A stretch of DNA of 33,745 bases from Octopus bimaculoides (lineage: Eukaryota), in the NCBI RefSeq assembly GCF_001194135.2, contig NC_068987.1:52674765-52708509 (forward strand), in the 5' to 3' direction. A program made the position numbers and the translations under genes. The notes below the pieces were generated by a model, which was not told where the DNA came from, searched no databases, and worked only from the letters and a program-made list of their open reading frames with translations. Shown here piece by piece: positions 24,096 through 33,275 of the stretch. Numbering within the stretch: the stretch's first letter is position 1; each line of letters opens with the position of its first letter.

Positions 24096-24662
24096 CTTTA
24101 TTGGACGCTTCATTATATTTATTTACTATGCTTTCACTTCATAATTTGTCACATGTTACCCATACTTTTGGTTGGTAATTCAAAGCCTTTCTATGATTAT
24201 ATAATGGCAAGCGAAATTTATTAACATCTGAAGTCAATACAGTTAATTACTTAATAGCAAACACATTTAGGTCTTAATTGTGAAGGAATTAACTACTCTA
24301 ATTGAGAGAGAGCTTAATATGGTCTGTCGATTAAGCGGATCCCTTAATATATATATATATATATGTATATGTGTGTGTGACTCTCTGTGTGTGTCCGCGC
24401 GCGCCTGCTCTCTGTCTCTGTCACTGTATACATACATACACGTATGTATATGTGTGCGTATATAAATATACATATATACCTATATATATGTATATAACTT
24501 TCTTTCTAATTTGTGTTAACGTGTATAGAACAATATATCAGTTAAATAAAGTTACAATATGGTCTGGTTTTCACGATTTTTTTATTATTGTATTTTAAAA
24601 AACATTCTTACAATAACGAAATGTGTTAAACATTAAGAAAATACTTAATAATATTCATAATG

Positions 24663-24707
24663 TTCAATTAGCGCTTTCATACGTTCGTAGTAATCATCAG
24701 ATTTGAA
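24663..24707 (-). ncRNA. Minimal type I hammerhead ribozyme motif at the PLE 3' terminus
   Basis: Minus strand UUCAAAU-CUGAUGA-UUACUACGAACGUAU-GAA-AGCGCU-A-AUUGAA. Exact CUGAUGA and GAAA core, palindromic helix III AGCGCU, NUH triplet CUA, helix I UUC(A)AAU/AUUGAA. Helix II is only UAC/GUA, without the canonical G-C closing pair. Confidence 0.75.
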
Positions 24708-24742
24708 AATGTATTGATTGACAGTAGAGTTAAGTTCTTGAT

Positions 24743-24895
24743 AACTGCAATAAAATGACTGACTTCATTTTTATACCGAAAAACTGCATTTGTCGAGTAC
24801 GGTTTTGACCAATCAGCATGCAACTTAAACATCCATCACGGTTTGTCGAACGCACTGATATTGCTACCATAGATCTTGTCTTTATTTTAACCAAT
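24743..24895 (-). promoter_or_regulatory. Putative Pol II promoter in the PLE terminal repeat: two CCAAT boxes, TATA, Inr-like
   Basis: AACCAATCGG (core 24891-24895) and GACCAATCAG (core 24809-24813) fit the NF-Y RRCCAATSRG consensus. Minus-strand TATAAAAA at 24775-24768. GCAGTT Inr-like site with its A at 24746, 29 nt from the first T of TATA. Confidence 0.55.
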
Positions 24896-25056
24896 CGGCT
24901 AGCGGTTTACATGTAAATGGTTTTATGACTGAACAAACTCAGTTAATTTCGATGGTTTTTATTTAAATCGGTAGGAGTCTTCTGTAATTTCTTTATATTT
25001 ATATGTTAACGATAGTTTTTAATCCACATCATCAACTGGTTGTTATATTATCGTTG

Positions 25057-28000
25057 CTATTTCCGTTTGAACATTTTCATGAGACGTTTTTGTTTTATCT
25101 TTCTTCCAACCTCACTTGTGTCATGTAGTTTGTAGAAATGAAAATTAGAAACACCTGAACACATGTTTCTATATGTTCGTTCAATGGAATTTGGCGAACA
25201 TTAGTGTTTCGGATTTGTTGTCTGTGAACACGTGAGCGTTCCGATAATGCATTCCATGTCTCGCCAATAAATAGTTCCTCACAAGTAGAACTTTTAATGC
25301 AGTAAATCAAGTTACTGCTTTTGCAGTTCATATCTGCATTTGTGAGAATCTGCCCATTTTTTATCCGAATGGATTTATCAGGATGCTTCTGTTGACATGT
25401 TCCACATCTGTTATCATTAGACTTGGATCAGTGAATGTTTTAGTGTGTCCATGTTAATATTGCCTTTCTTAATAGTTTTTTTTTGGCTATGTGGTTGCCT
25501 TTTGCTGAAGATAAGAGTTTGATTAGTTATGTTTTTTTTTCACTTTGTTTCTTGATTGGTAAGTTTGTTTTGATGATGTTAAAAATGTTTAGGTGATGCG
25601 GATTGTGGTTACTATAAATGGTACTGTTTTCCGTTGATGGGCTCGTCTTCCTCGTGTTACCCTAAGTTGCTTTATAGGTATCGCTTTTGCTCGTTGTGTG
25701 CTATTTTCTATAAGTAGGAGAGGGTATTTTTGCTTGGGCAAATCCTTTGAGTTCTATAAGTCGTGTGTTTTTGGTATTTCGAACATATAGTACAAATTTT
25801 CCTGGCTTGAGAGTACGGGATGTTGCGTTTTGTGTGTGTTGGATGGCATGATTTGAAATTTAGACACTGGTGTGTATCTGTACTTTTGTAATAAATATCA
25901 ATTTTGATGTTGGTGCTGCATTTAATAACCATTGTCAAGAAATGGTAATTGTGTGCTGCTCATTTCCCTTGTGAATTTGAAACTAAGGTGTATATTGTTG
26001 CGGAAGGTATTGAATTCTTCCAGATATTCTAGGGATTTGGTCCAAATCAGGAAAGAATCATGTGTCCTCCATATGCCTTCTAAATATCATGTCGTAGTTT
26101 ACTTCAATTTTTTGTTATAGGTTTTTCTCCAAGTATCTCAATACTGAGTTCATGAAAACTGGAGCAAATGACGTTCCCGTAGCTGTGCCCCGAACTTGGA
26201 TATAATATTCTCCGTTGAAAAGGAATGTATTGTTTTCGAGGATAGGGATGACCGCGTGCAGTATGAAGTTTACAGTAAATATACTGGGTATCTCTTTTCT
26301 ATGTCTCTTGACCGAATACTTCATGGCAGAAATTCCTAAACCATGTGGAATGTTTGATATAAGTTTGTTACGTCAAAACAAACAGTGAATTGGATTCTGT
26401 TGTTTTGGGAAGAGACAAGAAATCAATGCCATCCCGAAAGAAACTGAGTATGTGACTGCATGGTGGTTTTATGATAAAGTCAATTAGGTTGCTCAGACGA
26501 TGTGCAGGACACGCTGGACCAGCCATAATGGGTCTTAGTTGTCTTTTGGTTGTAGTAGTTTTATGTATTTACTACCTTGATTTCCTAGCATTTTTTATTT
26601 CTCGTTTATTTTAGGTAAACCATAGAATGCTGAATTTCGACTCAAAATTAGTAATATAGTACCCATTATTACGAGTGAGTGATTTATAATGTTTTCAGAA
26701 TAAATGATTGAGTTTCTTCATGATGCGGTGGTCAGTATTTGAGGGCATTTCACGGTAGAATGTTATATCTTTCAATTGACCTTCAATGAGATCCCAGTAA
26801 TATTCCGTATCTATTGTATCAATGACGCCCTCTTTATCCACTGGTTTGATGACAATTGTGTTGTCATTTTGAAAGCGTATAAGGGCAGACTTTTCTAGTT
26901 TTAAAATGTTTGGTCTGACGATGGTATGCCCCAGTGAGAATGTGGAGAGGATATCAATGAACTGATCTCGATGTGCATTTCGTCCTTTTGGCGGATTAAA
27001 TTTTGATTAATTTTTTGCGAAGAATTCATCATTCTCATTAGTTTTTATCAGTAAAACTCCACAAGTCGTAGTTTCCCACTGACGTTTTGGAAATCTTTCT
27101 CCAATTCCAGAGGGTTGACTGTAGTTGTAGGTATGAATTTAAGTCCTCTCATCAATAATGGAAGTTCGTCACTGTCTATATTACTTTTTGACAGATTAAA
27201 ACTTTTAGGGACTATCCTCTCAGTTGTTCCAGAGGTGTTTCCCCTTGGACTTTTCTTTCGCCGGTCTTTACTTCCCTGACCTAAAAAGATAGATTTTTTT
27301 TGCCTATTATTTCTTCTATTATTAACATCATTTTTGTGGAGAGGATTGTATTTTGTTTGTGGTATTTGGTTAGGTATGTTTTATCTCTTGTTCCTATGTG
27401 TGGGTACATTATTTATATTTTCAGCCTGGTGAAAATGTTGGGGGCTTATGTGGCCGTCTAGTATGATGTTTTTGTTGATTCTAATAGGTGAGTTTTGTTG
27501 AGGTCTTGAATGTGATTTCTTCCCGATTTTTTTTCGTCTAATAATTTGATCAAATGAATAATTGCTTTGTTTATGGTATTCTTGTATCTTACCTGTATTG
27601 GTATGTTTCTAAAAAGTTCTTACCGTAGTCCCTTGATGTTGACTGTTTTTGTTGCTGCGTGTTATCGTGAATGTTGTGTTGGTTAGGTTGCTTTTTTTAT
27701 ATTTCGTTTATATGGTACTGAGATGCCATTACCCTAGTTTCCAGTACATTTATCAAGGAACAATTGGTGTTTTTTGCTATAAATATCTTGATTTACTTTC
27801 CTCTTTTGTAATATCTTTAATTCACATGTATTTCATTTTCTCAGCTATGTATTCTGTAGATATTTTCGATATCATCTCGATAATTTCATTGCTCACTATT
27901 TCGTATTTTGTCATGAATCGAGACTCATTAATTAGATTGATAGAGATGTCTGCCCTCAATATTCACATAGTCAAAACCCATCACAGTCTTGTTTCTTCCT

Positions 28001-28440
28001 CCAGTACTCCTATAATTTCTTTAATTAAGAATTTACGGGAAAGTATGGATACGTCTGACTCAATCAAATCTGTGTATATCTCAATATACTTGTTTACATT
28101 TCTATGTCTTCCAGAAATGTTGTTTACGTATATTAAGATGATTTTTCCATGTCGTCCAACTATGTTTTTTTTTTCTCGATAGGCTTCTTTTTCTAAATTT
28201 ATTTCGGTACGATCCTTTATCTATCCTGGATGTATTAGGCTTTCTCTTAGTGTTTTACCACTTCTGATAGGGTCTCAGATAATTCCTTGATTTCTGAATG
28301 AAAATTTGAACATGCATTGTCGATTGTTTTTCCAGTTCCTGCAGGGTAGTCGCTTGTGTTTCCATTATTGAGATAAGTGTTGACAATTCGCTTGGTATCT
28401 CTTCTGTGTCCGATTCTGTGGATTCTATTTGTTGTTTATT
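25057..28440 (-). pseudogene. PLE polyprotein pseudogene (N-terminal extension, reverse transcriptase, CxxC linker, GIY-YIG endonuclease)
   Basis: Manual translation across frameshifts: ILSRKFLIKEI (~28030), NLS..LLMRGLKFIPT (~27140), IVIKPVDKEG (~26840), LRPIMAGPACPAHRLSNLID (~26520), FDVTNLY..IPHGLG (~26365), YIQVRGTATGTSFAP (~26180), FLIW..KFTREMSSTQLPFLD (~25950-26050), DIYYKSTDTHQCLNFKSCHP (~25870), RCGTC (~25400), CKSSNLIYCI..CEELFIGET..HRQQIR (~25200-25330), FYKLHDTS..RK (~25100). YxDD is destroyed and there are many stops. Confidence 0.92.
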
Positions 28441-28501
28441 AGGCGTGTTTGCTTATACACAATACAAGCATATTTTTTTCGAATATATGTAAATGTGTAT
28501 G

Positions 28502-29365
28502 TTAGGTTGTTTCGCCTGAAATGACGTACTAGAAAGGTAACAATAAAATGTTTCAGAAGTATTAAAGAATTGATTTATTTAATTAGAGTATGATACATGT
28601 TAATTTATAACGTTTACCTAACGTTTGTCTATGTGATATATTCCCTCTTTGCAAAAAAAAAAAAATAATAATAATAATCTTTTCCTGTGATAAACTATCC
28701 GAATGCTTCAATTTCTCTTCCGTATTTAAGAATATTTTATCACTTATTAAAAGCTCAACATGCTTAGATAAGTGATGATCAATAGGAGAGATATCAGGGG
28801 AATAGGGATTATGTTGCAAAATCTCATATTTGCAACTTTGGGACCGTAGCTTGAGGACTGTGAGGACGTGTATTGTCATGAGGCAAAATTTGGCCATCTG
28901 CATTCACTAGTCTGGGTTGCTTCTTTTTCGAAATCTCATGCATACAATCAATTTCCTGGCAATACGATGTTGCTATTACCGTTTTTCGTTGTTGCAAAAA
29001 TGGATAATGAATAATTTGCTTCACAGACCACTATACAGTGACCACTAACATTTTAAGGTACAATGGTGGGTTTGGGTAGTGCTTAGGTGACTCCCCTGCA
29101 TCTAATCACTGTCCTGTTCTCTTGCCGTTATTAAAGAGTAACCATTTCTTATTACAATAATGATTTGATGCAAAAATGGTCCTTTTCCAGTCGAGAAAGC
29201 AATAAGGAGCACACTTCGAGGCGTCTGCTTTTTTTTTTCCTTTTTCTTTAATCTCGTTCAGCTGATGTGCAACAAACCTATCCGTTTTCTTGACTTTTCC
29301 AATATTTTACTGGAGTCCAAAAACGGCTGTGCGAGATGTTTGGAGTTCTGATGAAAGTTTCAAAC
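28502..29365 (-). mobile_element. Mariner transposon remnant (DDD domain plus one terminal inverted repeat)
   Basis: Minus translation: NISHS..IGKVKKTDRFVAHQLNE..RLEVCSLLL..PFLHQI..KKWLLFNN..PKHYPNP..WSVKQIIHYPFL..TVIATSYCQEID..HDNTRPH..HNPYSPDISPIDHHL..GIYHIDKR*. TIR-like TTAGGTTG at 28502 resembles Hsmar1-type ends. Confidence 0.9.
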
Positions 29366-29367
29366 CT

Positions 29368-29617
29368 TTGTTTCGATTCCCAGATCGGGTGCTGTGTGTG
29401 TTTATTGAGCGAAAACACCCAAAGCTCCACGAGGCTCCGGCAAAGGGTGGTGGCGACCCCTGTTGTACTCTTTCGCCCTAACTTTCTTTCTCTCTTTCTT
29501 CCTGTTTCTTGAGTAAAGCTGCGATGGACTGGCGCTGGTGTGGAACACATACGTCATAGAAACCGGGAAACCGGGCCCATGAGCCTGGCTAGGCTTTAAA
29601 AGGGCGCATAAATAAAA
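29368..29617 (+). mobile_element. 5'-truncated tRNA-SINE with V-domain-like 3' segment
   Basis: B box GTTTCGATTCC (~29370), AAAGCTCCACGAGGCTCCGGCA body, GCTGCGATGGACTGGCG (resembles the V-SINE domain as I recall it), end GGCTAGGCTTTAAAAGGGCGCATAAATAAAA. It sits where the mariner coding sequence stops. Confidence 0.7.
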
Positions 29618-29619
29618 GA

Positions 29620-30208
29620 ATAGTGCACACGCACGTGTTGAAATTGAGTGAGTAGGCTCACAGAAATTCATAAAATAGTTAGCTTTGGATTGATCAGTTT
29701 CTGGACCAGTCTAATAACTTTTCCTCATTAGCAAGGCATACTGAGGGAAATAAATAAGATATTAATACACACCTACAGGAAAGCAAACGCAAAGCTACGA
29801 TTACATACAAATACCATAAATATATGTGCATCGAATTTCGTAGTCAACTTCATCACTTTTGTCAGAGTACCATAGAAATGACTAGACTGTCCCGAAGTGA
29901 ATGGAAATTATTCAATTATAATAGTCAAGGATAAAATCGTTAAAGATTTTATCAGTGGCCAGCATGTAATATATACCTATTAAGGTGAATTAATATACAG
30001 AGATCTATAATAGTAAAAAATACATTTATAATTAAGGGCATAGGAGTGACCTTGCCTATGCTGAAAAAAGACACTAAATCGTCAATCCAGTTTTATAGTA
30101 CAAACGCGTTGAAATCGAGGGAGTGTGCTCACAGAAATTTATAAAATAGCAAGGCATACTGAGGGAAGTAAATGAGATAACTATACATACCCACAGGAAA
30201 GCAAACGC
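29620..30208. repeat. Diverged local direct duplication (29620-29790 and 30095-30208)
   Basis: Shared GTTGAAAT(T/C)GAG..GCTCACAGAAATT(C/T)ATAAAATAG|CAAGGCATACTGAGGGAA..ACAGGAAAGCAAACGC. The first copy has 53 extra bp (29679-29731). Confidence 0.9.
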
Positions 30209-30730
30209 TTTATAGACACATATATGTGTGTTCATGAGTGTGTGTATGTGTGTATCGATGTTGAAATAAGGTTAATTGATCAAATAGCCTATGGAAAAAA
30301 ATATGTATATCTGTATACATCAACATTTACAGATTCGTATGGGTGTATATAGATTAAGCTTATGAATCAAGGAAAGCTTGTTTTCTAGAATACGATTTAC
30401 TGTTCTGGTACAATTTTAATCTTTAATACATCGTTATATTGATTATATTATGAAAAAAATCTATTTTCTTATATAGTTTTGAAATCATATTCTTACAATA
30501 TACGTGATACCAATACAACATTTCTTTGATTCTGGAAATTTAATCTAACGGGAATTTTCTTTAAAATTTCTGAATATATGTACGTATTTTCTTTGTGTAT
30601 GTGCTTCAAGAAGTTATACAAATAGTTGTAGCTTACGCCACAAAATATTTGTCGTTCTTGTTTGCGTCAAGCATTTTCTTATTTTTATATAAAAACTTAT
30701 TTAACATTATGTATATGTTTTTCATTGCAG

Positions 30731-30832
30731 TCGATCAACAGATTGGTGAGTTTACTTGAAAAGAACAACATTACTATTATAAAAGTACAGAGCTTTGCCG
30801 ATGATGCTGATACAGCACTGCAAAATTTAAAG
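30731..30832 (+). CDS. GABBR2: Internal coding exon of a GABA-B receptor-like class C GPCR (Venus flytrap domain); subunit-2 assignment tentative
   Basis: Acceptor tgtttttcattgcag|, donor AAG|gtaatc, 102 nt, phase 0-0: SINRLVSLLEKNNITIIKVQSFADDADTALQNLK. Aligns without gaps to the 34-residue segments I recall from GABBR2 ([34 protein letters not shown]) and GABBR1 ([34 protein letters not shown]), including QSF..D and the terminal LK. Confidence 0.78.
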
Positions 30833-31004
30833 GTAATCACACTTCTTGCCTTCAAATTCTCTTATGAATTACAATACACAAACACGAGAAGATGACACAA
30901 TCTCCAATATAGAACTTCTAGTGTTTTTATTATGAATGATAATACGCAAGAAATTGCGATTGTAATCATGAATCCCCATACAAACAAATACCTATCCCCA
31001 TACA

Positions 31005-31057
31005 TTTATTATTATTATCATCATCATCATCATCATCTTCATTATTATTATTATTAC

Positions 31058-31098
<41 letters not shown>
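31005..31098. repeat. (ATT)/(CAT)/(ATT) compound trinucleotide repeat
   Basis: Read directly. Confidence 0.97.
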
Positions 31099-31099
<1 letters not shown>

Positions 31100-31100
31100 G

Positions 31101-31323
31101 AAGGTAATGAGCTTGCACAATAGATTGCATGCCGGGCAAAAAGCTCAGCAGAATTTTATCATATTTAACGTTCTGTGTTCAAATTCTGCCGAGGTCGACT
31201 TTGCCTCTCCTCCTTTTGGGGGTCAATAAATTAAGTACCAGTGAAACACTGGTGTATATGTGAGCGACTAGTGCCCTCCCTGAAATTCCAGGCCCTATGC
31301 CTATAGTAGAAAGGATTATTATT
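31101..31323 (+). mobile_element. SINE family A, single full-length copy
   Basis: GAGCTTGCACAATAG..GCCGGGCAAAAAGCTCAGC..GTTCAAATTCTGCCGAGGTCGACTTTGCC..GGGGTCAATAAATTAAGTACCAGTGAAACACTGG..GAAATTCCAGGCCCT..AGAAAGGATTATTATT. Homologous to the array units at 2316-3226. Confidence 0.88.
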
Positions 31324-31332
31324 AATATTAAT

Positions 31333-31445
31333 GAGGAAATATCGCCTAGTGGTGAGTGTGCTGATTTCTAGATGACGGTTTCAATTGCTAGACCGGGTGG
31401 TGCGTTTACTTCTTGAGCAAAAGCATTCATCTCACGTTGCTCTTT
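31333..31445 (+). mobile_element. SINE family C head fragment
   Basis: GCCTAGTGGTGAG..GGTTTCAATTGCTAGACCGGG..TTCTTGAGCAAAAGCATTCATCTCACGTTGCTC; similar to the head of 6398-6695. Confidence 0.65.
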
Positions 31446-31556
31446 GATCATTTCGACACCTTACGCGTGGTACAACGAGCCTTTCTTCGGTCAAAATCGA
31501 TTTTATGGAGGGAGTGAGGTTATCAATAGTAAACCGATTCTGTGGATAGCGATTTA

Positions 31557-31557
31557 C

Positions 31558-31635
<78 letters not shown>

Positions 31636-31640
31636 CATTA
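31557..31640. repeat. (TAT)n / (TAA)n microsatellite, tail or target of the adjacent RLE element
   Basis: Read directly. Confidence 0.97.
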
Positions 31641-32560
31641 TTTTTCAGTAGTCATATTTTTATCCCGCGCTTTCACTGCGTTACCGAGTGAAGCTCTGCG
31701 TGCCTTGGGTATGTGATGTGCTGCGGTTTATTGTGATGCTCTCATTTTGACTGTATTGAAATTGATTTACGTAGGATGTGTGCGGTGCCTAGTAGTACTA
31801 TTGTGTTTGCATGTTATATATACGTGTCAGTCCTGGTGCTTTGTTAAGTTTTTGCCTAAATATTTTTTATCATAACTAATGCGCCTCCTATGATAGGAAT
31901 TGCTTCCGTTTTTAGATTCCACGTTTGTGTTACTTCTATTTCCAGGTTTTTGCTCCCAGGTCTCCGTTTCTTTTAAAGAAACATTGACATCTGTTGGTAT
32001 TGATACATCAATTAGAAAACATTTTAATCTTGATGATCTCTGACAATTATATTCGGTCTATTGGCCTTAATGTCTCTGTGTGTATTGGCATATCCCAGAG
32101 TATGGTTGTTTCTTATCTTCTGTGACCTTTTCTGGTGTGTGCCTATACCATCTTTTTTCTGTGGTTATACCATAGTGTTGGCACATCTTCCAGTTTATTT
32201 AGCTCCCATTAATCCAAAATTTGCCATGAAGGGGCTTTTCTTGCCATCATTTTATCATGATCCGATACAGTTCTAGTTTTAGTTTGGATTTCAATTGTTC
32301 TACAGCTTTTGTTATTTCTTCTTTTCTTCATAGTTGTTAGGTGCTGTGATTCATCTTTTGTATTCGTCAGCTTCCTTAAAAACTGCAAAACAATTTTCTT
32401 TTTTTTATTCGTGTTTTGTGGCTATTTGTATTACTTTTCCTTGCAATTGATGTAGATATTTCTGTAGTCCTATGGTTGTTATTTTGTAATTGCTTTATAG
32501 CTGTATGATACCTCTACCAGGTCTTGTGACAGAGTCCTATATATCCGGTTCCGGTTTGCT
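31641..32560 (-). mobile_element. Dong/R4-like (restriction-like endonuclease) non-LTR retrotransposon, 3' fragment, decayed
   Basis: Minus translation: GRGIIQL*SNYKITTIGLQKYL..WQEKPLHGKFW..NWKMCQHYGITTEKRWYRHTPEKVTE..ILWDMPIHT..IKANRPNIIVRD..CFLIDVSIPTD.NVSLKE..NLEIEVTQTWNLKTEAIPII..LLGTAHILRKSISIQSK* (stop 31742-31744). A ~100-nt 3' UTR then runs into (TAA)n. Confidence 0.87.
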
Positions 32561-33154
32561 GGTTTACGTCAGATATCATATGAAAAGGAATATGGGGCTG
32601 GAAAAGAGGACACTGTCAGATAGAGTATATGAGCAAAGATGGAAGGAAGTGATGAAAAAGGTGGGTGCTAGTTGCCCAAATTAACCATCGAAGAAATAAA
32701 GTGATCTGCTGGGCCTTATAGGATGCGCGGTTGGAGAATTTAATTTCTGTGTAATTTTAAATTAATGACCAAAAACCGATCAGTTTAAGTTCTTTAAATT
32801 TTTTATCAAGCTCTCATTAATTTTAATTTCATTTATTAAATTGTACATAATCGTAAAAACCAAAATATGTATATAATCACGATCTCATTCATTTTGTGTT
32901 ATTGTCTGTCCTGTGCCGTCCTCATACGGAGCCATTGCTACTCCAGATTGATGACGAGCAAAGACTCAGAGACATGTTTCTAGATGCATGCTTAGCTGCG
33001 TGGATGTGCTTGTCTCCCCCTTGTAAACATAATGACACAGGAAACGTGTCAAGGCTGACAGGAAGTGGTGATGCTTCCTAGGGCTATATAGCAGTGGTAT
33101 TATTCCCTTCATGGGACTGTCACATTAAGTTGACAGCATACAACTACTTTATAT

Positions 33155-33194
33155 TTATATATATATATTTATATATATATATATATATGTGTGT

Positions 33195-33244
<50 letters not shown>

Positions 33245-33275
33245 GTATGTATGTATGTATGTGTGTGTGCGTACA
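33155..33275. repeat. (TA)/(TG)/(TATG) microsatellite
   Basis: Read directly. Confidence 0.95.

Larger units (their letters stand above)
24663..28445 (-). mobile_element. Penelope-like retroelement (PLE), decayed, 5' end truncated
   Basis: Ordered RT + GIY-YIG motifs on the minus strand, followed by a 3' terminal region with promoter motifs and a hammerhead. Confidence 0.93.

Noticed and set aside
26050-26085. TGA near the RT catalytic site, suggesting a selenocysteine-recoding PLE
   Set aside because: The TGA sits at a frameshift/deletion and is better read as W-to-stop or out of frame. The conserved Cys positions I could check (linker CxxC, endonuclease) are TGT/TGC/TCT, and the ORF has many random stops.
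27649-28182. 177-aa hydrophobic + strand ORF
   Set aside because: It is the antisense shadow of the A-rich PLE coding strand; no independent motif or splice support.
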